From positions 17,360,001-17,424,000 of the forward strand of contig OZ024741.1 in the NCBI GenBank assembly GCA_964016885.1: a stretch of DNA of 64,000 nucleotides, written 5' to 3'. Shown here piece after piece: positions 26,461-39,094 of the stretch. The notes below the pieces were generated by a model that searched no databases, had not been told where the DNA came from, and saw only the letters and a program-made list of their open reading frames with translations. How positions within the stretch are numbered: the first letter of the stretch is position 1; each line of letters opens with the position of its first letter. Position numbers and translations under genes: made by a program. This DNA comes from Eledone cirrhosa. Its lineage: Eukaryota.

Positions 26461-26511
26461 AGCTTCTACAGGACTAGAACTGTTTCATTCGTGAGAAATC
26501 ATCAGGGAGCT
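26461..26511 (-). ncRNA. type I hammerhead ribozyme
   Basis: Minus strand: AGCTCC-CTGATGA-T-TTC-TCAC-GAA-T-GAAA-CAG-TTCTAGTC-CTG-TA-GAAGCT; stem I pairs 5 of 6, stem III 4 bp. Confidence 0.7.
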
Positions 26512-27267
26512 GGCTGTCCAAGTAAGTAGTGGTATTTATATCTTTTCTTTTCTGGTGGTAGGAGAGGGTGGGGATTGGGATGGGTGGAGGTCATTGTTTG
26601 AAGGATTTAAAGATAAGGGAGTTCGTTAAAAGCTAATTCTTTTAAGCTATAGTATTAACAAAGGCAGGAAGAATACTGTAAAGTAAATCATATTTGGAAT
26701 ACCAATCCTAGTTTATCACTTAGACTAATAATTGTTTCTACTTTAGGCACAAGGCCAGCAATTAACCAGTGCATTACTGGTACTTTATTTTAGCGACCCC
26801 GTAAGGATGAAAGGCAAAGTCAACCTCGGCGGGATTTGAACTCAGATCGTAAAGGGACGTAACTATGCTGGAAAGCTTGGCGTCCGACCCTCTACCGATA
26901 CTGCCAATAATACCTGTAAGACAGGTGTCTACAGGATGGGTGGGGTTCAATGATTTAAAGAAAAGGGAAATTCTTTAGAAGCTAATTCTTTAAGGGTGGA
27001 AAAAGGGTGACAAAGGCAGAGAGGGTTCCATCAACAGATTCAAGTGTTGGGGTGATTCCCCTTTGGTATTCCAAATATGATTTACTTTACAGTATTCTTC
27101 CTGCCTTTGTTAATACTATAGCTTTAAAGAATTAGCTTTTAATGAACTCCCTTTTCTTTAAATCCTTCAAACAATGACCTCCACCATCCCAATCCCCACC
27201 CTCTCCTACCACCAGAAAAGAAAAGATATAAATACCACTACTTACTTGGACAGCCAGCTCCCTGATG
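26500..27267. mobile_element. Penelope-like element with ~205-bp inverted arms (26500-26705 / 27063-27267)
   Basis: Visible inverted repeat; TATAAATA upstream of the HHR core; a SINE is nested between the arms. Confidence 0.7.
26730..26908 (-). mobile_element. SINE family 1 copy
   Basis: Reverse complement of the 6978-7162 type, including B-box GAGTTCAAATCC. Confidence 0.85.
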
Positions 27268-27454
27268 TGAATGAATTGCAGACCTGGAAGCATGAGCTGC
27301 GCCAGCAGTGACAATTGTAGTTTCGCCTATGGATATTATCTCTGTGCAAAAAAGTGTTGAAATTTCTTGTTTCACAGTACTTGCGCAACACGCGAGTAGA
27401 CGATGCCAGCCGAACAACAGAGCTGCGATGGAGTTGTTCAGCATGGTTGTCTGT

Positions 27455-28045
27455 GTGTTTTCTAAATTTAAGACAGTAGGGAGGGTTGTGATATGAGGGA
27501 GAGTTAGCTGCTGTTTCTAGCAGGTTTAGTGACCTCATAGAGGATATGTGTTTTCTAAATTTAAGACAGTAGGGAGTGCTGTGATATGGGGGGGGGGGAG
27601 TTAGCTGCTGTTTCTAGCAGGTTTAGTGACCTCATAGAAGATATGTTTTCTAAATTTAAGACAGTAGGGAGGGGTGTGATATGGGGGAGAGTTAGCTGCT
27701 GTTTCTAGCAGGTTTAGTGACCTCATAGAAGATATGTTTTCTAAATTTAAGACAGTAGAGAGGGGTGTGATATGGGGGAGAGTTAGCTGCTGTTTCTAGC
27801 AGGTTTAGTGACCTCATAGAGGATATGTGTTTTCTAAATTTAAGACAGTAGGGAGTGCTGTGATATGGGGGGGGGGAGTTAGCTGCTGTTTCTAGCAGGT
27901 TTAGTGACCTCATAGAAGATATGTTTTCTAAATTTAAGACAGTAGGGAGGGGTGTGATATGGGGGAGAGTTAGCTGCTGTTTCTAGCAGGTTTAGTAACC
28001 TCATAGAGGATATGTGTTTTCTAAATTTAAGACAATAGGGAGTGG
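27455..28045. repeat. 91-95 bp tandem repeat, ~6.3 copies
   Basis: TCTAAATTTAAGACA starts at 27461, 27554, 27649, 27740, 27833, 27927 and 28020. Confidence 0.95.
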
Positions 28046-28343
28046 TGTGAACGGACAGTATCACCATCAAGCTTGGAAAGAGAAAGTAGCAGAAAGTATG
28101 AAGTTGTATAGATTTTGAATGGTAGTAGAAAGAGTTCAGCAGTTTAAATGAGAGAGAAAAATCGTAAAATATTGAGTTTTATCTATTTTTTGCGTAATTG
28201 TGGGTGAAATTGAAAAAATTATCTGCGTCAAGACGCAATCGAAGCTATTTCTTATACTGAATTGTAAATTTCAATTGAAAAAATTCTATATCGTAGATTT
28301 CTATAACGAAGGAGCATGACCACACACTGAGCTTTATAGATTA

Positions 28344-28412
<69 letters not shown>

Positions 28413-28421
28413 GTATATATA

Positions 28422-28472
<51 letters not shown>

Positions 28473-28532
28473 GAGAAGAAAGACGAATACTGCGTGGTTG
28501 CACATGGGTTAATGTATATATATATAATTGTT

Positions 28533-28828
28533 TCTAATGTATATATATATAATGTATCTAAATCCACACAGAACAGGCAACAGACCAGATTATATAGTAA
28601 GCAGTGCTGTATAGCATCGTAAGAGAAGTTGTGTTGGACTAGCTTAACTGTGACGTAATACTGCGGCTAACAGTGTAGATTCTAATGTATATATATATAA
28701 TGTATCTAAATCCACACAGAACAGGCAACAGACCAGATTATATAGTAAGCAGTGCTGTATAGCATCGTAAGAGAAGTTGTGTTGGACTAGCTTAACTGTG
28801 ACGTAATACTGCGGCTAACAGTGTAGAT
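28533..28828. repeat. ~148-bp tandem duplication
   Basis: TCTAATGTAT..GGCTAACAGTGTAGAT occurs twice, near-identical. Confidence 0.95.
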
Positions 28829-28834
28829 AGATAG

Positions 28835-30330
28835 GGTGGTGGTGGTGGTGGTGCTTCTGCTGCTGCTGCTGGTAGTGGTGGTAGTGGTGGTAGTGGTGGT
28901 GGTGGGTAGAGGTGAGAAATCAATAGATATAGTGGGAAGATGCCAGCTCTCACACATTGGCACAAGGGAAGTCTATTGTATGTAGATTACTGAGGTTGTT
29001 GTTGTTGGCGGTGGTTATGGTGGTGGTGGTGGTGGTGGCGGTAGTGGCGGCGGTGGTTATGATGGTGGTGGTGGTGGTGTTAGCGGCGGTGATTATGGTG
29101 GTGGTGGTGGTGGTGTTGGCGGCGGTGGTTATGGTGGTGGTGGTGGTGGTGGTGTTGGTGGTGGTGGTGGTGGTGGTGGTGGTGGTGGTGGTGGTGGCGG
29201 CGGCGGTGGTTATGATGGTGGTGGTGGTGGTGGTGTTGGTGGTGGTGGTGGTGTTAGCGGCGGTGATTATGGTGGTGGTGGTGGTGGTGTTGGCGGCGGT
29301 GGTTATGGTGGTGGTGGTGGTGGTGGTGGTGGCGGCGGCGGTGGTTATGATGGTGGTGGTGGTGGTGGTGTTGGTGGTGGTGTTGGCGGCGGTGATTATG
29401 GTGGTGGTGGTGGTGGTGTTGGCGGCGGTGGTTATGGTGGTGGTGCTGGTGGTGTTGGTGGTGCTGGTGGTGGTGGTGTTGGCGGTGGTGGTTATGATGG
29501 TGGTGTTGGTGGTGGTGTTGGTGGTGGTGTTGGTGGTGGTTGTGTTGGCGGTGGTGGCTATAATGGTGGTGGTGGTGGTGGTGGTGGTGGTGTTGGCGGC
29601 GGTGATTATGGTTATGGTGGTGGTGGTTGTGGTGTTGGTGGTGGTGGTGTTGGCGGTGGTGGTTATGGTGTTGGTGGTGGTATTGGCGGTGGTGGTGGTG
29701 GTGGTGTTGGTGGTGTTGTCGGTGCTGGTTATGATGGTGGGGTGGTGTTGGTGGTGGTGTTGGCGGTGGTGGTTATGATGGTGGTGGTGGTGGTGGTTAT
29801 GGTGGTGGTGGTGGTGTTGGTGTTGGCGGTGGTGGTTATGGTGGTGGTGGTGGTGTTGGCGGTGGTGGTGGTGGTGTTGGTGGTGGTGGTTTTGGCGGTG
29901 GTGGTTATGATGGTGGTGATGGTGGTGGTTTTGGCGGTGGTGGTTATGGTGGTGGTGGTTATGATGGTTTTGTTACATCTCCGTGTGTGCATTTGTGTAT
30001 GTGCTTGTCTACGCAATAACCATCACGTACCATCACCACCAACACCATCATCTCCACTATCACCACCACTAACAACAACAACCTCTACACGTCACTATCA
30101 CACCACCACTACCACCAACCCTCCACCACCACCATTATCACCAACACCAACACCAACACCATCACCATCATCACCACCACCACCACCACTAACAACAACA
30201 ATCTCTACACGTCACTATCACACCACCACCACCGCCACTAACAACAACAACCTCTATACGTCACTATCACACTACCCCACTACCCCCACTGCCACCCCCT
30301 CTTCAATACTAATGACACCTCCACACCTCC
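28835..30330. repeat. (GGT)n-based satellite switching to (ACC)n after about 30010
   Basis: Low-complexity trinucleotide tract; the poly-Val ORFs are artefacts. Confidence 0.9.
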
Positions 30331-30508
30331 CATAATGTTGGCTTCCCCAACTCTGGCACTGACACCATATATATGTGTTCTGAGGATCCGCTAAGGTGAA
30401 ACAATTGTTCTCGGTATGGTGAACTAACTGTTGTGTAACCACTTCTACCTAACTCGTCCCATGGACTGAGTGCTCTACCACTACAGATATTACCTTCCAG
30501 TGTTCTAC

Positions 30509-30550
<42 letters not shown>

Positions 30551-30555
<5 letters not shown>

Positions 30556-30700
30556 TGTAATAAACAACATAAGATAATTATTTCATTATAATGAAAACAT
30601 CCTGGATTTTTTCATTCTGATGACTGAAAGCAAATTTTGTTTGCTTTCAAGAAACCACTAGTAAATGTAATAATTATCTTATGTTGTTTATTACATAACT
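30551..30700 (+). mobile_element. 150-bp element: 30-bp perfect inverted repeats enclosing an HHR
   Basis: AGTTATGTAATAAACAACATAAGATAATTA (30551-30580) and its reverse complement (30671-30700). Confidence 0.75.
30613..30667 (+). ncRNA. type I hammerhead ribozyme
   Basis: CATT-CTGATGA-C-TGAAAGCAAA-TTTTG-TTTGCTTTCA-A-GAAAC-CACTA-GTA-AATG; 10-bp stem II, 4-bp stem I. Confidence 0.75.
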
Positions 30701-30763
30701 AATAATCTATGTAACCTACATAAGGCACTCTTTTTTCCTGGACCTTTCCGACGGAATTACTTT

Positions 30764-30844
<81 letters not shown>

Positions 30845-31067
30845 CGCGTGGGTGTCTGGGTGTGTACATGTGTTTGTGCATATGTACATATGTATGTGTA
30901 TGTGTGCGTATATATATATGTGCGTATATATATATATGTGTGCGTATATATGTGTGCATGCGTGTGGTGTGTGCATTCGTGTGCTGTATGCATGCATGTG
31001 TGTGTATGTGTGTATGTGTTGTATCTCTCTTTCTCTCTCTCTCTCTCTTTTTCTTTCTCCCCCCTCT

Positions 31068-32830
31068 CTAGATGTATTAAAAACCTTCTCCAGACACAGA
31101 CCTATGTATCTGGCATCACCACAACAGACAACAGCTCAGTCTATTGCCGACATCAGCCGAAAGGAGGCCATTGTCCATGAATTTACTATTTTCTGTGGAG
31201 ACATCTGGTGTCCTCCCTACTCACCACCATAGTGGCTGAGCTGGCTACCCCTAGCAGTGGAGACTTCTGGTATCCTCGGCCCTAGGGCTACCTCCCTACT
31301 CACCACCATAGCGGCTGAGCTGGCTACCCCTAGCAGTGGAGACTTCTGGTATCCTCGGCCCTAGGGCTACCTCCCTACTCACCACCATAGCGGCTGAGCT
31401 GGCTACCCCTAGCAGTGGAGACTTCTGGTATCCTCGGCCCTAGGGCTACCTCCCTACTCACCACCATAGCGGCTGAGCTGGCTACCCCTAGCAGTGGAGA
31501 CTTCTGGTGTCCTCGGCCCTAGGGCTACCTCCCTACTTACCACCATAGCGGCTGAGCTGGCTACCCCTAGCAGTGGAGACTTCTGGTGTCCTCGGCCCTA
31601 GGGCTACCTCCCTACTCACCACCATAGCGGCTGAGCTGGCTACCCCTAGCAGTGGAGACTTCTGGTGTCCTCGGCCCTAGGGCTACCTCCCTCTTTACCA
31701 CCACAGCGGCTGAGCTGGCTACCCCTAGCAGTGGAAACTTCTGGTGTCCTCGGCCCTAGGGCTACCTCCCTACTTACCACCATAGCGGCTGAGCTGGCTA
31801 CCCCTAGCAGTGGAAACTTCTGGTGTCCTCGGCCCTAGGGCTACCTCCCTACTTACCACCATAGCGGCTGAGCTGGCTACCCCTAGCAGTGGAGACTTCT
31901 GGTGTCCTCGGCCCTAGGGCTACCTCCCTACTTACCACCATAGCGGCTGAGCTGGCTACCCCTAGCAGTGGAGACTTCTGGTGTCCTCGGCCCTAGGGCT
32001 ACCTCCTTCTTTACCACCACAGCGGCTGAGCTGGCTACCCCTAGCAGTGGAGACTTCTGGTGTCCTCGGCCCTAGGGCTACCTCCCTACTTACCACCATA
32101 GCGGCTGAGCTGGCTACCCCTAGCAGTGGAGACTTCTGGTGTCCTCGGCCCTAGGGCTACCTCCCTACTTACCACCACAGCGGCTGAGCTGGCTACCCCT
32201 AGCAGTGGAGACTTCTGGTGTCCTCGGCCCTAGGGCTACCTCCCTACTTACCACCACAGGTACTGAGCTGGCTATCCCTGGCAGTGGAGACTTCTGGTGT
32301 CCTCGGCCCTAGGGCTACCTCTCTACTCACCACCACAGGTGCTGAGCTGGCTATTCCTAGCAGTGGAGACTTCTTGTGTCCTCGGCCCTAGGGATACCTC
32401 CCTACTCACCACTATAGGTGCTGAGCTGGCTACCCCTAGCAGTGGAGACTTCTGGTGTCCTCGGCCCTAGGGCTACCTCCCTACTCACCACTATAGGTGC
32501 TGAGCTGGCTACCCCTAGCAGTGGAGACTTCTGGTGTCCTCGGCCCTAGGGCTACCTCCCTACTCACCACCATAGGTGCTGAACTAGCTATACCTGGCAG
32601 TGGAGACTTCTGGTGTCCTCGGCCCTAGGGCTACCTCCCTACTCACCACTATAGGCACTGAGCTGGCCAGCCGCAGGTGTCAGCCTAGCGAGCTGGAATG
32701 GCTTTTCCAGCGCATCTTCCTTGCCGTCCTCCAGGGAAACGCGTTCTCCATTCTGTCCGCTGGGGCTGTGGGGAGGCCACCAATATGATTGACTGACTTG
32801 TAATTTGATCAGTCAGATGTTCTAAAGATT
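31068..32830 (+). pseudogene. 3' end of a CRE-like RLE non-LTR retrotransposon, internally expanded into a minisatellite
   Basis: Terminal frame AVETSGVLGPRATSLLTTIG..WLFQRIFLAVLQGNAFSIL resembles the CRE-type C-terminal motif (VET.G..G..A...QR...A.Q.GNA..I). Confidence 0.75.
31195..32668 (+). repeat. 79-bp minisatellite, ~18 copies
   Basis: GTGGAGACTTCTGG recurs every 79 bp from 31257 to 32600; a shorter first unit starts at 31195. Confidence 0.97.
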
Positions 32831-32896
32831 CTCTCTATATATATGTCATATATATATGTCATAAACCATTTATTATGAGAGCACCAGGATAACGAT

Positions 32897-33016
32897 AGCT
32901 TGGCAGAGTTGTTAGCATGCCGGATTTAAAATGTTTCGTTATTTGTTCCGGCTCACTGCACTCTGAGTTCAAAACTTGCTGAGGTCAACTTTGCCTTTTA
33001 AAACTTTCGAGTCGAT
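32897..33016 (+). mobile_element. SINE family 1 (5' part, diverged)
   Basis: TGGCAGAGTTGTTAGCATGCCGG..CTGAGTTCAAA..GAGGTCAACTTTGCCTTT. Confidence 0.7.
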
Positions 33017-33289
33017 TATTCCGCTATATCTCTTTAACACACATACACACACACACACATATTTTCTCTCTCTTTGGGAGAAATTGGTTTACTAGAAACC
33101 AAAATATACAATAGTGCAAATAGCTGGAATCAGTGGCTGTACATTCTACTCAATCTAAAGCTTAGTGTATTTATTCATGCATGCAAATATATATATATAT
33201 AAACACAGGCACACAAGCATTTATATATATATATATATATATATACAATATATTAATAAATGGAAACTATATTTATAAAACCATAATTA

Positions 33290-33349
33290 TTTATTATATA
33301 CATTTCAAGGGCAACCAAGGCAAATTATGGTGCGCTTTCATCAGATAAA
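33290..33349 (-). ncRNA. type I hammerhead ribozyme
   Basis: Minus strand: TTTAT-CTGATGA-A-AGCGCACCA-loop-TGGTTGCCCT-T-GAAA-T-GTAT-A-TA-ATAAA; stem II is imperfect. Confidence 0.6.
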
Positions 33350-33520
33350 ATGCAGATTTGTTTTATAAATAAATATTGACAACCTTAACGGTTGAAGTTC
33401 CCTGGATAGTCTATCTTTCTATCTAAGCGCACCATAATTTGCCTTGGTGGCCCTTGAAATATGTATAATAAAATAATTATGGTTTTATAAATATAGTTTC
33501 CATTTATTAATATATTGAAT

Positions 33521-33583
33521 TAATATATAAAGTACCAGTAATGCACTGGGTAATCGCTGGCCTTGTGCCTAAAGTAGAAACAA
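33521..33583 (+). mobile_element. 5'-truncated SINE family 1 with 14-bp target-site duplication
   Basis: AAAGTACCAGTAATGCACTGGG..AAAGTAGAAACAA flanked by TTAATATATTGAAT at 33507-33520 and 33584-33597. Confidence 0.8.
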
Positions 33584-33693
33584 TTAATATATTGAATATT
33601 TACTCTACTTATTTGTTGAGTGCTTTATATCAGTTATAAACATTTTTAAGCTTGTTGAATCCCAACAAATTAAATATAACCTCTGCACATATA

Positions 33694-33773
<80 letters not shown>

Positions 33774-33814
33774 TGTAACGCGAACACACACCAAACACTA
33801 TACACAGTTTTCAA

Positions 33815-36133
33815 CTTGTTGTGAAGCCAAAGTAAGAGGGAAGAAGGTTGCACTTCCAAAACAACTAAACGTGGCTCGTCTGAAAACAGAGAAAGTCAGA
33901 GGTGAGCTGTCGAGGTCCCTTGAGTCCATGGAATGTGAAAACACTTGAGAATCATTGAAGAAAACCGTCTATGATGTTAGTGCTGGAGTTTTGGGTCATA
34001 CCAATAGAAAGCATAAAGACTGGTTCGATGAAAATGATGCAGTGATCCAGACCTTGCTTGAAGAGAAACAAAAAGTGCTGACATCATTGTTGTGTGAGAC
34101 AGGTTCTGACAGGAGTGACCGGATCTTCAGGCAGATCAAAGCACGTGTGCAACATCGATTGAGAGCCATGCAGGATACCTGGTGGAGCCAAAAGGCTGAT
34201 GAAATCCAGAAGGCCTCAGATAGACATGATACAAAGCTCCTGGAATGGATGGACTGAGTGCCGAGATTTTCAAGTGTGCTGGTGATAACTTCTTAAACCG
34301 CCTCACTGATCTCTTTGTGAATGTTTAGAATGAAGATGTGCCACAGGATTGGAAAGATGTATTGATGGTGGTACTTTACAAAGGAAAGGGAGCGAAAGAT
34401 GACTGTGGCATCTACAGAAGTATTTCACTGCTATCTGTAGCTGGGAAGATCTTGTTGGACAGATTGATACAGCACATTGCTGTTGAAGTACTTCCTGAGT
34501 CCCAATGTGGCTTTAGGAATGGCAGAGGCACTGTTGACATGATCTTCTCGGCCAAACAACTTCAAGAGAAATGCATTGAGCAGCGCATGGACTTATACCA
34601 AGTTTTTGTCGATCTGACCAAGGCATTTGACACCGTTAATCGGAAGGCTTTGTGGGTTATTTTGGAGAGATTGGGCTGTCCTGAAAAGTTTGTGAACATT
34701 CTGAAACTCTTCCATGAAGACATGCAGGCATGGGTGAATGTTGGAGGTAAACTGTCTGAGCTAATCTCGGTTGAAAAGGGTGTCAAGCAGGGTGATATAC
34801 CTGCACCAACTTTGTTTGCCTTGTATTTTGCGATGGTGTTCTTCATGGCCTTCAAGAATTGTCAACACGGTATCTATCTCAGATATTTCACTTCCGGCAA
34901 GCTGTTTAACCTTAGGCGTCTCACTGCCAACACTAAGGTACTGAGTACCTTGATCAGAGAATTTTTATATGCATATGATTGTGATCTCTTTGCACACTCC
35001 CAGGGTGACATGCAACACCTTATGGATTCTTTTTCCAATGCGTGCAGTGCTTTGGGACTGACAATCAGTCTGAAGAAGACTCTCGTCATGTACCAACCTG
35101 CTCCGGATAAAGTTTTCAATAAACCCTCCGTATACGTATACGGTCAAAAGCTGAAGGCTACTGACACATTTGTGTATTTGGGGAGTACTCTGAGTGTGGC
35201 CTGCTCTCTGGATGCAGAAGTTGGTCTACGTGTTAGTAAAGCAAGTGAGTCATTTGGAAGGCTCAATGAGCGTCTTTGGTGCAGGCGAGGAATCACAATG
35301 AGGAACAAGGTGAGAGTGCATGCTGCATGTGTGCTGTCAGCTTTGCTTTATGCATGTGAGACATGGGTTGCCTACAAACGGCATATCCACAGACTGGAAC
35401 GGTTTCACCAGCAGTGTCTCAGAAAGATGCTCGGTATCAAGTGGCAGATGCATGTGAGTGATGTTGAGGTCCTTGAGAGAAGTGAGTGTCGGAGCATTGA
35501 GAGTATCATCCACCAACGGTGTTTGCGATGGACCGGACACCTCTGCAGAATGGAGGATGATCGAATCCCAAAACAACTCTTATATGGTGAGCTTTATGAG
35601 GGTAAGAGACCACCTCACAAGCCAAGGCTCCGATTCAAAGATTGTGTAAAGGACTCATTGAAAAAAACTGGTTTGATGATGGCTGACTGGGAGATAGAAG
35701 CTCTTGAAAGATAAACTTGGCGTGGAATGGTGAATGATGGGGTCCATAATTTTGAGGACAGACGCATATAGCACGAGAAGATGAAACGGGATGTGCGTAA
35801 GCAATGCCCTGGTGTATCTCTCGAAACGATCGATCGGTATCTCCATTGAATTGAGGTGCTCTGAGTGTGGAAAGATTTGCTTGAGCAATCTGGTCAGAGG
35901 AGCCACAATCGCAGCTATGTTCAAAGAGAACCAGTGAACTATGATGTCCACGGTATTGTGAGGGTTCACGGGCAACCTGATGCAGGACCTCAAGCCAGGG
36001 AGATCCATAGTTGTCGTCAGTGTGTGAAGGAGTGCAAGTCTCTAGCAAGCTTGAAAAGCCATATCCGAGCGTCGCACGTCTGAATCTGACAAGCGATTGC
36101 AATACTCTTGGCAGAGTTTGCAGCCATCATGTA
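33815..36133 (+). pseudogene. decayed 5'-truncated RTE (BovB-like) LINE
   Basis: LPESQCGFR, FVDLTKAFDTV, GVKQGD, LYAYDC (catalytic YADD lost), RIPKQLLYGEL; stops, frameshifts and an internal deletion near 34237; C-terminal C2H2 remnants; tail GCAGCCATCATGTAT. Confidence 0.92.
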
Positions 36134-36600
36134 TTTACACACTTTTGGATGGCCGTTGACTCTTATGAGTTCTTATGAGTTCTTATGAGTTCTTCCGCCC
36201 TTTGTCATATTTACAAAGTGTGTAAATATGTATATACACATGTACATGTGTGTGTATATGTATATGTGTATATGCATGGGTGCATGTGTATGTATATGTG
36301 CGGGGACATAGAAATAGTCGGGCTGAATACCCGATAGCGCGTTAAACCACTGGGAGTGAAGGACCCCTAGCCTTTGTCAGGGCATTCTTCTAGGAGAAAG
36401 CAACTCAGGTAACTGGGTTAACACCGACATAAAACCTGCGGCTCAGTCGTTACCGATGATGTTGATCTTATCTTCTTTTCGGGTTATAGCTACAGTCTCT
36501 CAGAGAGTGCGATTGGCTCAGTGCACAGTCTTTCCTCACTTTCAAAATATCTTCGCGCAGCATGCAATAGAATAACTATAATATTAATAACTAATCATTA
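36132..36600 (+). mobile_element. family B copy with an inverted 5' segment (36132-36207)
   Basis: Sense body runs from 36215; 36132-36207 equals the antisense sequence seen at 58323-58378. Confidence 0.75.
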
Positions 36601-36689
36601 ATACTGCCATTCACAACACTCACATACTTTTATCAGCCACATGACGAATAAGATGATTTTACATGTATTATTCAGACTATCACATAACA

Positions 36690-37885
36690 ATTACTACCAC
36701 AACACCACAACCCACTAACAACACCACCACACCACCAACACACCATTCCACAACCAACAACACCACCACCAACAAACAACTCACACCCCCACCCACCACT
36801 ACCACCACCAACAGCCCCACCAACCAACATCCACCACCCCACCTCCCACCCATCCCACCACCTAACCACTCACATACCACCCACACCCCACACTAACCTC
36901 AACAACACCACAACACCCACCACCAACAACCACCACCTACCACACCACCCACCACACACACCACCAACCCCACCACCACCCACACCACCCCACCACCACA
37001 CCACCACCCCACCACCACCACCACCACCACCACACCACCCCACCCCCCAACCACCACACCCCCCCACACCACCACCACCACCACACCACCACCACACCCC
37101 ACACCACCCACCCCAACCCACCAACCACCACCACCACCAACCACCCCCACCCACCACCAACACCACCACCACCACCACCACCAACACACACCATCCAACC
37201 ACCACCCAACACCACACCACACCAACACCAACACCCACACACCACCAACACCACCCACACCACCACCACCACACCCACCCCACAACCCCACCACCACCAA
37301 CCACCACACACCAACACCACCACCACCAACCACACACCACCACCCACACCCCAACCACCAACACCAACCACCAACACCACCACACCACAACCCACCACAA
37401 ACACCACCCCACACCACCACCACCACCCACTACCAACACCACCACCACCACCAACACCACCACCAACACCAAGACCACCACCGCTACAACACACACAACA
37501 CCACCCACCAACACCAACCACCACCACCACCACCACACTACTCACCACCACCACCACCACCACCATCACCACCACCAACACCAACACCCACACCACTACA
37601 ACACCACCACCACACACCACCAACACCAACACCACCACCACTACCAACACCACCACCAACACCACCACCACCACCACTACCAACACCACCACCACCACCA
37701 ACACCACCACCAACACCAACACCACCACCGCTACCAACACCACTACCAACACCACCACCACCACCAACACCACCACCACCACCACTACCAACACCACCAC
37801 CACCACCACTACCAACACCACCACCACCACCACCACCAACACCACCACCAACACCAACACCGCTACCACTAACAACAACACCCCC
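36690..37885. repeat. (ACC/AAC)n low-complexity tract
   Basis: Direct inspection. Confidence 0.95.
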
Positions 37886-38499
37886 AATAATTAACACATG
37901 CTAATCCCTACCACCTCCACCACCCAACCACCTGACCTGACCACCTCTCTCAATATATTAAGTACCCAAGTCCAGGGTCATTCCGTACACCTGTATCCTG
38001 ACCCCCCCATCTCACACCACTCCAATCAACAATTTACAGGTGATATATTTATATTGACTTACCTTTACCTACTAAAACTTCTTTACTTCTTTCTTACTTA
38101 TTCCACGTCTTCCCATCTAACACATCTCTCTCTCTCTTTCTTACTTTCTCTCTTTCTTCCCCCCTCTCTCTCTCTTTCTATCTCTCTCTCTCTCTCTTTC
38201 TTTCTCACTTTCTCTCTCTTTCTTTCTCACTTTCTCTCTCTTTCCTTCTCTCTTTCTTCCTATTTATAATTTTTCTTTCTTTCTTTTTTCATTTTTTCTA
38301 TGTTACTCCTTCACTATCTCTTTCTTTCTTGTTTTCTTTCCCTTTCTTCTTCTTTTACCTCTTACTCCTTTACTTTTTCCTATACTTCCAGCACTTGCTC
38401 CACCCCTCCCCCTCCTCTCTTATACCCCCCTCTCATCGTTGTTTTTGTCTCAGTTCTTTGTTTCGTAGTTTGTTTTTTTGTTGTAAATTTTTCGTTGAT

Positions 38500-39062
38500 G
38501 CACACATAAACATACATACATACACATACATACATACATGCACATACATACATACATACATGCACATACATACATATACATACATGCACATACATACATA
38601 CATATACATACATACACATACATACATGCACATACATACATATACATACATACACATACATACACATACATACATACATACATACATACATACATACATA
38701 CATACATACATACACATAAACATACATACATACACATACATACAAACATATACATACATACATACATACACATACATACATGCACATACATACACATACA
38801 TATATACATATACATACATACACATACATTCACATACATACATATATATACACATACATACGTACATACATACATGCACATGCATACATACATATACATA
38901 CATACATACACATACATACATACATACACATACATACATACACATACATACATACATACATATACATACACATACATACATACATACACATACATACATA
39001 CATACATACATATACATACATACACATACATATACATACATACACATACACATACACATACA

Positions 39063-39094
<32 letters not shown>

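Larger units (their letters stand above)
33246..33680. mobile_element. Penelope-like element with ~92-bp inverted arms (33246-33337 / 33425-33517)
   Basis: Visible inverted repeat; HHR on the minus arm; tail 33598-33680 resembles 26230-26320. Confidence 0.7.

Noticed and set aside
28957-30335. Poly-Val and poly-Thr ORFs (also 36870-37897)
   Set aside because: (GGT)n/(ACC)n tracts with no domain or splice evidence.
30380-30412. HHR-like CTGAGGA-T-CC..GG-T-GAAACAATTGTT
   Set aside because: No adjacent stem I pairing; at best a decayed motif.
31195-32668. CRISPR-like appearance of regular arrays (also 45793-46089 and 27455-28045)
   Set aside because: Units are contiguous with no unique spacers, there are no cas genes, and the context is eukaryotic.
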